Below, one piece after another: positions 28,382 to 37,461 of a DNA stretch of 64,000 nucleotides (the first letter of the stretch is position 1; the number at the start of each line of letters is the position of its first letter). This DNA is from a virus. The notes below the pieces were generated by a model. The model was not told the origin of the DNA. It did not search any database and saw only the letters and a list, made by a program, of their open reading frames with translations. The stretch lies in the IMG/VR virus record IMGVR_UViG_3300045988_172839, positions 64,001-128,000 of that record; one strand, given 5' to 3'. The position numbers and the translations under genes are program-made.

Positions 28382-29591
28382 CGAGCGAGACTCCTTTCTG
28401 TTCTAATCTATCTAAACTACGCTTAATCAATTCTGTACGAGTTGGAGCTAAAGGTATTAACAACCCCTCTCCACCAAAGTACCTACCAAACATCTGAGAA
28501 AACTCTTTTAAATACTCTTCTAAGTGAACGTTCTTACTATGAAGTTGAGACTTGCTAACCATTTTGTAGAAAATCTCTTGTTTACCTTCTTCATTTCTTA
28601 GATAATATGGAGTTGCGCCCGCAAAGGATACCCTTGTAAACTCTCCACCCAAACCTTTGAAACAATTTGTGTTAGGTAGTGGTTTATCATTGTCGTAATC
28701 CCAACAAATATAGTTGTAATACAATGGGTAACTCTTTAAACCACCTCGTGAAAATGAGATTTTAAAAGGTGTAATACTCCTAACCATCAAGTCTGGGTCT
28801 TCTTTTTTGTACTTCTCTAACACCTTAGTTTGTCCTTTTAATAAATCCTCATAAACCAAGGAATAGGGAAAGTCTCCTTTGTCTGTTCGCAGAGAATCTA
28901 AGACCTTACTTATTTTCTCATTTTGAACCTCGATTGAACCTTTTAAAATCAAAGGCACTAAAGAAGACTCTTGTTTTCTAGTTACTCCACTTAGAAAAGT
29001 CCAACCTATAGGTAGGGATACCCCTTGCTCTTTAGCGACCTTTGTTAGAAATCGATAATACACATTATGTAAAGACTCTTCAACCTCAGTGTATCCGTCA
29101 TGAACCGAAATCTCATCATTCAAGGTTTTAGGCAACCATAAAGGTACTTCTCCTTTTTGTTTACCTTCAGAAACTTTGACTTGACGAGTTTGAGCTTTAT
29201 CTTTTAAAAACCCCCTATTTCTCAAGTCATTAAAGGAATATAAATTTTCTAAATAGTCCACTTCTTGCTTGTACTGTAAGTAAGAGACAACCAAGGTTAA
29301 ACCAACTTGAAAAGGATGATTAGTTTTTACAACCTTCTGAACATACTCCAAATAATTGAGATTTAACACCAAAGATACCGCACTGCGCTTATCTGTATAG
29401 TTAGTAAAACCTAAGTCTTTTAACTGAGCTACAACATATTGAGACAACTCAAATTTACGCACAATAGTAGGAGAGTAAGTTATTCCGTAGTCGTACAACA
29501 TAACCTTTAGGACTTCAACTGCGCTACGCATCTGCAAGTAACGATTGTACAAGTCTTTTGGTGTAATCTTTGTTTTCAATACACTGTTCAT
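28365..29591 (-). CDS. Hypothetical protein (408 aa), ORFan operon member
   Basis: The ATG overlaps the upstream stop (ATGA). Long ORF. Confidence 0.7.
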   Translation of the reverse strand: MNSVLKTKITPKDLYNRYLQMRSAVEVLKVMLYDYGITYSPTIVRKFELSQYVVAQLKDLGFTNYTDKRSAVSLVLNLNYLEYVQKVVKTNHPFQVGLTLVVSYLQYKQEVDYLENLYSFNDLRNRGFLKDKAQTRQVKVSEGKQKGEVPLWLPKTLNDEISVHDGYTEVEESLHNVYYRFLTKVAKEQGVSLPIGWTFLSGVTRKQESSLVPLILKGSIEVQNEKISKVLDSLRTDKGDFPYSLVYEDLLKGQTKVLEKYKKEDPDLMVRSITPFKISFSRGGLKSYPLYYNYICWDYDNDKPLPNTNCFKGLGGEFTRVSFAGATPYYLRNEEGKQEIFYKMVSKSQLHSKNVHLEEYLKEFSQMFGRYFGGEGLLIPLAPTRTELIKRSLDRLEQKGVSLVDSDS

Positions 29592-29962
29592 AGACTTACC
29601 ACCATTATTTCTTGCACAATCACACCATCTGGTGTAGGAGTTTCCATACGAGAAAATCCTTGAAGTTTACTGCTTCTTAACCACTGCTCTCTCAATACTT
29701 GGTATGTTTTAGCAGACAGAGGGTTTGCACATTTACAACCCTCTTTTTCATTATAAACAGTTACCGCAACCGAAGTGGATACCCCTTTGAGATATAAAAT
29801 AGAGAACACTTGAACAGGTCTATATCGTAGAAGAGTATTGCTATCTAAGTCTTCTAAGTCCATTTTCTTGATTAAACTGTGACTCTTATGTGCTAAGGTA
29901 TAAACCTTAGAACCTACAATGAACTCAACCCCAGCATTAAAAGGTTTGCTACGAACTAACAT
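29588..29962 (-). CDS. Hypothetical protein (124 aa), ORFan operon member
   Basis: AAGGAAG RBS before the ATG. First gene after the promoter at 30009-30037. Confidence 0.65.
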   Translation of the reverse strand: MLVRSKPFNAGVEFIVGSKVYTLAHKSHSLIKKMDLEDLDSNTLLRYRPVQVFSILYLKGVSTSVAVTVYNEKEGCKCANPLSAKTYQVLREQWLRSSKLQGFSRMETPTPDGVIVQEIMVVSL

Positions 29963-30008
29963 CTTCCACTTCCTTCTCTAATCTAAACTCTAAATTGCAT
30001 TTTTCTCA

Positions 30009-30037
30009 ATTTTACCATATTTAGAGGGAAAATGCAA
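30009..30037 (-). promoter_or_regulatory. Sigma-A promoter with extended -10 (internal to the ORFan cluster)
   Basis: On the minus strand: TTGCAT (30037-30032), a 17 bp spacer, then TGGTAAAAT (-10 at 30014-30009). Confidence 0.65.
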
Positions 30038-30060
30038 GATTTAGACGATAAAGAAATGAT

Positions 30061-31626
30061 TTATTTATTGGCAAGTTGTTCTTCAAACTTAGTAGTGAAT
30101 GTATTAAACACATTCATTAAGTCACTCAGAGACACACGTGGGTCAAGGATACCAAAGTAAAATCTCTCGATATTTGAGTAATCTGTCTCTAACTTCTCTC
30201 CTGACATAGTGAGAGCTGAACCATTACCAAAGTGATAAGGTTTACTATACTTACTAAATACTACACCACCGATAAATTTTACATCGTTTGTCCGAGGATT
30301 TTGTTTTTCTGCAAACCAAGATAACTTGTTATAAGCTAATTGGAAATCTAACTCACTTGTTGTATTCACTAAAGCAGAGTGAACCATTTCACCATATCCG
30401 TCTAAAGTGGCTTGTAGAGTAGCTACCCTTTCAAAGAAAGCAGACTCCATAAATTTTAAGATAAGGTCTTTCTCTTGAAGTAAAAGACCATGTTCACTAA
30501 CCATAGAACCTTTAATAGATGACCAGGCACCTTTATCTTTATCTTGTTCACTAATGTAAGGCACTAAATCCCCTAAAAGAGAGTACATATTGTACAAAGA
30601 TACCGCTCCGAAGGTGTTCTCCATAAATCGGTAACGTAAGTTGTGCGCTCTTTGTTGCTCCAATTCTTTTAAGAACTGCAAACGAAGAGAGACAGGTAAA
30701 GGCATGTTTAAACTATTAAACTCTCGAACAAACTTCAACAAATACTCAATCTTAGAAGTTGGTTTCGCAAAACCACCATCTACCAAACTTTGCCAAAAGC
30801 TAGGTAAGGCAAAGCCGAAATTCTTCTGATACCCTAACTGTTGACTATAAGAGTAAGCATAAGTCAACATTTCATTGAAATAGCGAGTACGGAAGCGTAC
30901 CAACTGATTTTGTACTTGACCTTCAATATTGAAGAAGTCTTGCACACAGTCTACTCCAAACTTCAAAACTTCTCCTGTGGCCTCTTCTTCGGCAACGAAT
31001 TCCCATTTAATGTCGTGACCTAATGTACATTTAGCGCCTATTTCAAAGTAGTTTAGCTCCTTGAAGAACCACGTTCCACCACCCATTAGAGTTGCTAGTT
31101 TTGCTGCTTTTTCTCTAAAGTAATCGGTGTCAGTATTTAACTCTAATTCAATTCTTTGAAGTCCTTCTTCATAAAAACTCTCTTGTAAGAACCAACGAGA
31201 CAAAAGTTTTCTCTTCTCTTCACTAAAAGTCTCAGAAAAATAGCGAACATAAGAGGATACCACTGGGTATTGTGAACCTTGGAAGTTCTTTAATACTGTA
31301 CTTGTTGTACGAGCTAAAACTGGAACCTTAATCGAACTGTTTTCACCCTCTTCAAAGTAAAGACCACTCTCTTTAATATGGTTCAAAACTTGTTCCGACA
31401 AGACTCTACTTTTATCAATAAAGGCAGTTGGTACACTAAAGGACTTTAGTTTCTTACCACTCTGCATATAAAATCCGTAGCGGTCTTTTTCTTTAAAGTG
31501 AATACAAACCACCTGTCTCGGACTCTCAACTCCAACATCAGCTAAGCTCTCAAACTCAGTTAATAGTTTAGCTCCACCATCTGTTAAGTGACTTTCAATC
31601 TCTCTAACTGGTTTTCGACTAACCAT
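30061..31626 (-). CDS. Hypothetical protein (521 aa), ORFan operon member
   Basis: The ATG start overlaps the upstream gene by 8 nt. Long ORF with no motif recognised. Confidence 0.7.
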   Translation of the reverse strand: MVSRKPVREIESHLTDGGAKLLTEFESLADVGVESPRQVVCIHFKEKDRYGFYMQSGKKLKSFSVPTAFIDKSRVLSEQVLNHIKESGLYFEEGENSSIKVPVLARTTSTVLKNFQGSQYPVVSSYVRYFSETFSEEKRKLLSRWFLQESFYEEGLQRIELELNTDTDYFREKAAKLATLMGGGTWFFKELNYFEIGAKCTLGHDIKWEFVAEEEATGEVLKFGVDCVQDFFNIEGQVQNQLVRFRTRYFNEMLTYAYSYSQQLGYQKNFGFALPSFWQSLVDGGFAKPTSKIEYLLKFVREFNSLNMPLPVSLRLQFLKELEQQRAHNLRYRFMENTFGAVSLYNMYSLLGDLVPYISEQDKDKGAWSSIKGSMVSEHGLLLQEKDLILKFMESAFFERVATLQATLDGYGEMVHSALVNTTSELDFQLAYNKLSWFAEKQNPRTNDVKFIGGVVFSKYSKPYHFGNGSALTMSGEKLETDYSNIERFYFGILDPRVSLSDLMNVFNTFTTKFEEQLANK

Positions 31627-32062
31627 AAGCTACACCCCATTTCTCGAACGTCCCATCTCCTTTAGACAAGGAACGTAGAATAACCTTCCATTGGTCAAAC
31701 TGAACTTTTTCTTCTAAGACTAGAGCCAAGCGAGAAAAATCAAGCGGATACCCTAACTGGTAAGCTTGTTTTAGAACGGTGTATAAAGCTCTGAAGAACT
31801 TGTCCTCTAAAACATCTGGGGAATTTGTTTGAATGTAACGTGTAAAACGTTCATAATCTACTACGAAATGTAAAGGACTGTTTTCAAACAATTCAACTAC
31901 ACCTTCATCCGAGACTGTAGACAAAACCAAACTAGAAGACAAGCGTTTTAGACGAAAACGCAAAATGTCTTCTTCCAAATACACTAAACCATAACCTACT
32001 AAATCATCTGACTGAGAATTTCCTTTTGGAAACTCAATCAGACCTACTAATTCTTTACTCAT
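31619..32062 (-). CDS. Hypothetical protein (147 aa), ORFan operon member
   Basis: GAAGG RBS before the ATG, with a 4 nt gap to the upstream stop. Confidence 0.65.
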   Translation of the reverse strand: MSKELVGLIEFPKGNSQSDDLVGYGLVYLEEDILRFRLKRLSSSLVLSTVSDEGVVELFENSPLHFVVDYERFTRYIQTNSPDVLEDKFFRALYTVLKQAYQLGYPLDFSRLALVLEEKVQFDQWKVILRSLSKGDGTFEKWGVAYG

Positions 32063-32066
32063 TCTT

Positions 32067-32966
32067 TTATCCTTCTTCTGCTAATGAAACCTCAAATGCT
32101 ACTGGGTCTAAGTCCATTGTAGGTTCTAATTCCTTGTAAGCCAAGTTGACAGTAGTTAAAATACCACCAATCTCTTTTTGAATAGTGAACTCATCACTAG
32201 GAAATGCTAAACCTAGCTCAACCAAACGGTTATACATAGACACAATTTGCTCTTTGCACTCTTCAACCGTATTTCCTACAAAGTAAATGTTCTTTGTCTC
32301 TGTATTTCTCATCCGAGAACGGTCTTGAACGACTAAATACACAGTAATTCCATTAGTTAGAACCACAGAGCGACCACCTAAATGGTCAGATACCCGTTTG
32401 AGAGATACCGTTACAACCTCAGTTTCAATTCGGTATAGAAATTCCTCCGCAATCCAAAAATACTGCAGAACTGCACCTTCCATAATCTCGTCTTGACCTA
32501 CATATTCAATCTGAGGGTCTGGGCTTTTATAACCATTGGGAATAAGAATGGCGCTTGCGCAAGCGATCAAGCGATACCCTTTAGGAGCTTTTACCGACTG
32601 TAAATTCAACTTAGAATAAGCCAAATGACCTTTCTCACTAAACTCTTTCTTAGTTGAAATAAAAACAAACTCACATTCTTCTAACTCTTTAAATAAATTC
32701 TCAGAGCTAAGTCCTTTAATTTTTACAAAGGAAAGCAATTCAGAACCTATCGGACTTTGAGTTAGCTCCAAGTGGTGCAGTCCAAAGACCGTTGGACTCA
32801 TAGACTTAATATAAGCCATTGTTTGTTTGAACTCTCTCTCAAATACCTTATCCATAAAAGGAGACTGAGAGAAGTGAGGGGTAACTGAATATACCCCTAC
32901 TTCCTCGAATTCAGCACTTACGTTAGGTGTATATGAGAACTGTTCCAAGTCTTCTTCCTCAAACAT
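32067..32966 (-). CDS. Hypothetical protein (299 aa), ORFan operon member
   Basis: GAGAGG RBS 8 nt before the ATG. Confidence 0.7.
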   Translation of the reverse strand: MFEEEDLEQFSYTPNVSAEFEEVGVYSVTPHFSQSPFMDKVFEREFKQTMAYIKSMSPTVFGLHHLELTQSPIGSELLSFVKIKGLSSENLFKELEECEFVFISTKKEFSEKGHLAYSKLNLQSVKAPKGYRLIACASAILIPNGYKSPDPQIEYVGQDEIMEGAVLQYFWIAEEFLYRIETEVVTVSLKRVSDHLGGRSVVLTNGITVYLVVQDRSRMRNTETKNIYFVGNTVEECKEQIVSMYNRLVELGLAFPSDEFTIQKEIGGILTTVNLAYKELEPTMDLDPVAFEVSLAEEG

Positions 32967-32983
32967 ACTACAGACCTCTCAAC

Positions 32984-33637
32984 TTAACTTTTGGGTTCTA
33001 AAGACATCACCACCACCAAAGCGTTGTTGTCTCTTGTCATCTCAGCTCCGACAAAATGTTGCTTATTTGGGATACCGAGAAGTTCTGCTGCCAAAGGAAG
33101 TCTACGACCACCTAATTCAACAACCAAGTTGTAATCGCTCATTCCTAGAATATTTACAGACAAGTTCGCAAGAGCTTGAAAATCTACTGCAAAAGCTGGA
33201 ATTTTCTCACCACTCAATTTAGTAGCTTGTGGGAGAGAGTTTGTACAGTAAATACCTACCTCAACTTTTGTTCCCAAAGGTTGTTTAGCCAATTTCTCTA
33301 AGAACTTACGAAAAGACTCAGCCGTTTTCTTTCTTTGAGCAATCGCTTTCTCTCTCATAGATTTGTCTTCTGTCAAGAACTCATAGGCTTGAATAGCACG
33401 TGTAAAATCAATCGAAGCAAGAGCCAACTTGTCATTTACAAAGTGATATTGGAAGTAATCTTCATTATCCAAAACACTCTTAAGCGTCTCATCTGTTCCT
33501 TGAACCAACACGTCAGACTCCAAGAAATTACGAGGAATTGGAGACCATGTGATACCAAGTTCTAAATTATTCTGACCGTGCATTGCAGGTAAAGCAAGTG
33601 CCATTTGACCTGTTGCTGATAGTTTGTTGTTAGCCAT
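32984..33637 (-). CDS. Hypothetical protein (217 aa), first gene of the ORFan operon
   Basis: GTGAGGT RBS before the ATG. It follows the terminator at 33731-33761. Confidence 0.7.
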   Translation of the reverse strand: MANNKLSATGQMALALPAMHGQNNLELGITWSPIPRNFLESDVLVQGTDETLKSVLDNEDYFQYHFVNDKLALASIDFTRAIQAYEFLTEDKSMREKAIAQRKKTAESFRKFLEKLAKQPLGTKVEVGIYCTNSLPQATKLSGEKIPAFAVDFQALANLSVNILGMSDYNLVVELGGRRLPLAAELLGIPNKQHFVGAEMTRDNNALVVVMSLEPKS

Positions 33638-33730
33638 AGTTTAACCTCACTTAAACTTAATTTAATTTTCATAACTTATCAAAGTGCATACCTCGATTTT
33701 GGGAGCATACCCTATCAACCGTGGAAAATG

Positions 33731-33761
33731 ACAAAAAGAAAAGGCATCCGAAGTGGATACC
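33731..33761 (-). terminator. Rho-independent terminator
   Basis: On the minus strand: GGTATCC, loop ACTTC, GGATGCC (one G-U pair), then TTTTCTTTTTGT. The stem contains the GGTATC motif. Confidence 0.65.
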
Positions 33762-33774
33762 GAACACTGTGTGT

Positions 33775-34254
33775 TTATGGATTAACTAAATAAGCACCTA
33801 AATTGTTCAAATCATCAAAAGGGGATTGAAGTTGACCTTTGATAACCTTACGGAAAATAGGAACTCCTTCCGTACCTCGAGTTAATCGCTCAAAACTCTC
33901 TTCAGAAAAACCCCTAAAGTCCTCTACAGAGTCAAAGCCAATGTAATAAATCGACTTAGGGTCAATACCTTTATCTTTTAGGTTTACATCTAAGCGCCTA
34001 GCAAACTTCTGACAGTCTGGGCAAGTTGAAACCCCTACAAAAACATAAAATGTTTCTCCCTTGTCTGCTTTTGAAATGACTTCTTCTACTGTAGAGGGTG
34101 TAAATTGTTCAGTTGTTGACTTGTACTCTCTTACTGCGTTCTCTTGTAGCACTGTTTTAGCTCCCCAAAAGGAAATACCTAAAATGGCGATACCGAAGAA
34201 GAATTGTAACCAAGGTTTTACATCATAAAATTTTGCATTAAATTTCTTAGCCAA
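33775..34254 (-). CDS. Membrane-anchored thioredoxin-fold thiol-disulfide oxidoreductase (Bta/PedC-like)
   Basis: TTG start. The N-terminal TM helix is WLQFFFGIAILGISFWGA. A CPDC active-site motif sits in the context FYVFVGVSTCPDCQKF. Confidence 0.65.
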   Translation of the reverse strand: MAKKFNAKFYDVKPWLQFFFGIAILGISFWGAKTVLQENAVREYKSTTEQFTPSTVEEVISKADKGETFYVFVGVSTCPDCQKFARRLDVNLKDKGIDPKSIYYIGFDSVEDFRGFSEESFERLTRGTEGVPIFRKVIKGQLQSPFDDLNNLGAYLVNP

Positions 34255-34273
34255 ATTAACCTACTTTCTAAAT

Positions 34274-34363
34274 GGCTCTTATTTGCTCTCTGACGAATTT
34301 TAATTGTCGAAGAGATAAAGTATCAAATTTAGAATTAAAATCGAATAGGAGCGAAACTGAGAC
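34274..34363 (-). repeat. 90 nt structured intergenic element, copy 2 of 2
   Basis: On the + strand: GGCTCTTATTTGCTCTCT ... TTAAAATCGAA ... CTGAGAC. It has the same length and the same terminal blocks as 2388..2477. Here it lies in the 5' UTR of the thioredoxin-like gene, just after a terminator. Confidence 0.6.
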
Positions 34364-34366
34364 CTC

Positions 34367-34400
34367 AAAATTGAAAAGTGAGAGGAACGTAACCTCTCAC
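34367..34400 (-). terminator. Rho-independent terminator
   Basis: On the minus strand: GTGAGAGG, loop TTACGTT, CCTCTCAC, then TTTTCAATTTT. Confidence 0.75.
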
Positions 34401-34419
34401 TTAAATTTGAAAGACCAAT

Positions 34420-37194
34420 TTAGTTCTCTTTGCGAGATTTGAAGCCTACAAAACCAACAAGCAAACCAAAGATACCGAGAGTAGCTAGGGCGCTAGAAGT
34501 CTCACCTGTGTTTGGAAGTTGACGTTGTTCAACAGTTGAGGTTTGTACAAGAGTTTCACCTTGTTCTGTAGCTGGTGTAGCAGAATACACAGTAGGAGCA
34601 ACATCTGATTGAACAACGAAACCTGATGTTGAAGTTGCAGTTGTTGTAGTTGAAGCTGAGTTTGAACTATTTGCAACAGTTACAGTAGCTTGAGGAACTT
34701 TGTAATCAACCACATGCCCGTTGTTGTCTACAACTGGTACTGGCTTGTAACCAGCTTTTTCAAGTTCTTTACGTTTAGCATCTGCAAGCTCTACTAAGCG
34801 TTTTGTTTCTGCTTCTTCAAACTTCGCTTTGGCAGTTTCGTAAACATTCTTCGCTTCAAGTGCTTTAGCACTTTTAACTTCAAAGTCTGCTTTGGCTTCA
34901 CGTTGTGCTTTTTGTGCAACTAGGAGAGCTTTCTCTGCTTGTTCAAGTTCAACTTTTAGATCCGCCAAACGAGTTTTCGCATTTTTAAGGTCTGCAAGCT
35001 CTTTTTCGGCTTGTTTAACTTTAGCTTGAGCATCTTTGAGTGCTTGTTCAGCTTCAGATACCGCTTTAGATTTAGCTTCTGCTGAAACTTTCATTAATCC
35101 CAACTTAGCTTGCTCAATTTCCAAAGCCTTATTTGCTTGCCCAAGGCTGAACTTAGCGATATTTGCACGACCACGAGCGCTTCTTGCTTCAATTTCTTTT
35201 TGAGCATGTGACACTAGCAAGTTGTTTACCAAGGCATTTGCATTAGCTAAATCAACAACTGCTTTGTCATGACGAGTTTTAGCACGCTCTAAGTAAGTTT
35301 GTGCTTTAGCAAGAGGACTACCTTCTTTTTTCAATGCGTTCAACTTAACAGTTGCACTACGCAAAGTTGAGTTAGCTTTTTCCAAGCCTTTGTCTGCTGC
35401 TTCAATTTGCTCACGGACAGCGCCTACTGCTTTTGCAGTATCTTTCAAACGTTGAACTGCATCAGCTACACGACGTTCAAAAACTTCTTTCTTCAAAGGA
35501 TTCTCAATAGGAGTTGTATCCCAAGTTGAGCCATTTGTAAGTGAGCTACGGACAGAAGTTAGAAAGTGCGTAGTGTAGAAATCGTCCGTTTTGCTCTGAG
35601 CAACCCCACCAAAGTAAGCAGTCTCATTTGGATAGTCAAATTGCAAAATCCCTTGAGTATGCGCATAGTCATTCTTAGTTGAAATCAACTGTACAAAATG
35701 ATTGTACAAGGTTTCTTTCATCTCGCCCAAAGTCTTACGGTAAACACCATCTTCATCATCAAAATCATGTGAAGCAAAGGTAGTCACAGAGTTTTCATAG
35801 TATTGTCCACCACGTGCTTCAACTTCTGAATCAGTAGTAGGCATGTTATACTCTTTGGCAACCTTGTTGATACCCTTAGCATAGTGTCCTGAACCACCTT
35901 TTTTACGGTATTCTTGTCGCATACTATTTGAATAGTTTACTTTCACATACTCGTCTGCAATCTTTTGAGCAAATTCCAATGAAGTTTTAGATAGAACTGC
36001 ATCTGGTAGTCCAAGTTGTTTACGAGCTTGATTTAGCAAGTCAGCTACAAAGTAGTTCAATTCATCACGAATTTCTTTAGGAAGATTGTTGATGTCATAG
36101 CGAGTAGTGTCTTCCAACTCGTTTTTCGTTTGAACATACTTGTTGTTAGCATTTGCAACTTGTGTACGAACAACTCGATTATACAACTCAGTTGTACGTT
36201 TGTTACGTTCCTCAGTAGACAAAGCACTGTTGTCAGCAAGGTTGTAAGCAATCGTATCTTTTACTGCTTGTACAAAGCTAGGGTCAAGAGTAATTTCTGG
36301 AAGATGTGTAGCACGGATTTTACTGTTGTAATCCCCTGCTTTATCATACTCATCATTCGCCTTCGCATAAGCAATCTGAGCATCAGCTTTCGTTTTATTC
36401 AAGTCTTCAATTTCTTTAGTTGAAGTAGCAATCTTAGATTCAGCATCTTTTACAGAATTTTGGTACTCTTGTTCTTTAGGTTTAGCTTCTTCAACACGTT
36501 TTTCGTTTGACTCTACTGAACTTTTAGCATCTTGTTCTTCAAAACGAGCATCAGTTTGAGCTTTACGGGCTTCTGGGAGCTTAGTATCGTTCAAGATAGC
36601 TTCTTTTTCAGCAGCTTCTTTTTCTGCCTTTTCCAAAGCACCTTTCGCTTCATCTACTTCAGCTTGTTTAGTAGCAACTGCTTTTTCTTGCGCAGCTACT
36701 TCGTCAGCAGAAACAATAGTTGCATTTTTAGCAGTGGATACCGCTTTTTCTGCTTGAGTAACTTCACCTTTTGCAGTTTCCACACTTTGTTCTGCTTGTT
36801 TAACTTGCTCTGTTGTAGGCAACTCTTTTTCAGCTTTTTCTACTTTTTCTTGTTTTTCTTTTACAGTAGACTCAGCACCTTTAACAGCATCATCTTTTTG
36901 CGCTACAGTTTCTTTTGCTTTATCTGCATCTTCTTGGGTTTGTTTAGCAGTAGCACCAAGTTCAGCGACTTCTTCCTTAGTAGGAGCTTTCACTTCTACT
37001 GGTTTTGGCGCTTCTTTCTCTACCAAAGCTGGTTCGTTTTTGGCATCTGTTGTAGGAACTTTCGGTTGATTTTGTTCTGTACGCAAACCACCTGCATTGT
37101 CAACAGTAGGATCAAAGATTGTGTCGGCATGTGCAACAGTGGTTGAAATACTTGCAGCGGCTAAAGCAGCAGTAGCGATAATAGATTTTTTCAT
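34420..37194 (-). CDS. LPXTG-anchored coiled-coil surface protein, PrgA/Sec10-like (putative surface exclusion protein)
   Basis: The signal peptide is MKKSIIATAALAAASISTTVAHA. Long A/E/K-rich coiled-coil arms flank a central globular domain (LNQARKQLGLPDAVLSKTSLEFAQKIADEY ... GHYAKGI ... DYAHTQG), matching the SEC10/PgrA domain pattern as I recall it. The sorting signal is LPNTG (34504-34518) followed by a hydrophobic helix and KSRKEN. Confidence 0.65.
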   Translation of the reverse strand: MKKSIIATAALAAASISTTVAHADTIFDPTVDNAGGLRTEQNQPKVPTTDAKNEPALVEKEAPKPVEVKAPTKEEVAELGATAKQTQEDADKAKETVAQKDDAVKGAESTVKEKQEKVEKAEKELPTTEQVKQAEQSVETAKGEVTQAEKAVSTAKNATIVSADEVAAQEKAVATKQAEVDEAKGALEKAEKEAAEKEAILNDTKLPEARKAQTDARFEEQDAKSSVESNEKRVEEAKPKEQEYQNSVKDAESKIATSTKEIEDLNKTKADAQIAYAKANDEYDKAGDYNSKIRATHLPEITLDPSFVQAVKDTIAYNLADNSALSTEERNKRTTELYNRVVRTQVANANNKYVQTKNELEDTTRYDINNLPKEIRDELNYFVADLLNQARKQLGLPDAVLSKTSLEFAQKIADEYVKVNYSNSMRQEYRKKGGSGHYAKGINKVAKEYNMPTTDSEVEARGGQYYENSVTTFASHDFDDEDGVYRKTLGEMKETLYNHFVQLISTKNDYAHTQGILQFDYPNETAYFGGVAQSKTDDFYTTHFLTSVRSSLTNGSTWDTTPIENPLKKEVFERRVADAVQRLKDTAKAVGAVREQIEAADKGLEKANSTLRSATVKLNALKKEGSPLAKAQTYLERAKTRHDKAVVDLANANALVNNLLVSHAQKEIEARSARGRANIAKFSLGQANKALEIEQAKLGLMKVSAEAKSKAVSEAEQALKDAQAKVKQAEKELADLKNAKTRLADLKVELEQAEKALLVAQKAQREAKADFEVKSAKALEAKNVYETAKAKFEEAETKRLVELADAKRKELEKAGYKPVPVVDNNGHVVDYKVPQATVTVANSSNSASTTTTATSTSGFVVQSDVAPTVYSATPATEQGETLVQTSTVEQRQLPNTGETSSALATLGIFGLLVGFVGFKSRKEN

Positions 37195-37229
37195 AGGTAA
37201 ATACCTCTTTCTTTTATTTTGATAAGTAT

Positions 37230-37258
37230 ATTATACCAAAATAATTACAATAAGTCAA
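37230..37258 (-). promoter_or_regulatory. Sigma-A promoter P1 with extended -10
   Basis: On the minus strand: TTGACT (37258-37253), a 17 bp spacer, then TGGTATAAT (-10 at 37235-37230). Confidence 0.7.
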
Positions 37259-37315
37259 GTGTTTTATTTCATTAAATTTCACAACGAAACTTAAACTTCT
37301 TATTTTGATAAATCT

Positions 37316-37344
37316 ATTATACCAAAATTAAATTAAAAAGTCAA
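37316..37344 (-). promoter_or_regulatory. Sigma-A promoter P2 with extended -10 (tandem duplicate of P1)
   Basis: On the minus strand: TTGACT (37344-37339), a 17 bp spacer, then TGGTATAAT (-10 at 37321-37316). The flanks are nearly identical to P1, which lies 86 bp downstream. Confidence 0.65.
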
Positions 37345-37423
37345 GTAAAAACTATGAAATTATAAAGAACCTATAAAACCCTCAATTATAATAACAGAAT
37401 AATTAAATTTTTGCAAGTATAAA

Positions 37424-37455
37424 TAAAAAAAAAAGAAAGGGAGTTTTCCCTTTCT
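37424..37455 (-). terminator. Rho-independent terminator
   Basis: On the minus strand: AGAAAGGGA, loop AAAC, TCCCTTTCT, then a run of 10 T. Confidence 0.8.
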
Positions 37456-37461
37456 CTTCAT

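Noticed and set aside
36532-37146. Plus-strand ORFs in the track, including this 204 aa one and those at 39433-40128, 12724-13131, 14888-15394, 20757-21125, 43189-43524 and 58316-58630.
   Set aside because: Each lies antisense inside a longer minus-strand gene that has clear motifs. Their translations are F/S/L/C-rich low-complexity strings typical of the reverse complement of K/E/A-rich coding sequence. None has an RBS or promoter.
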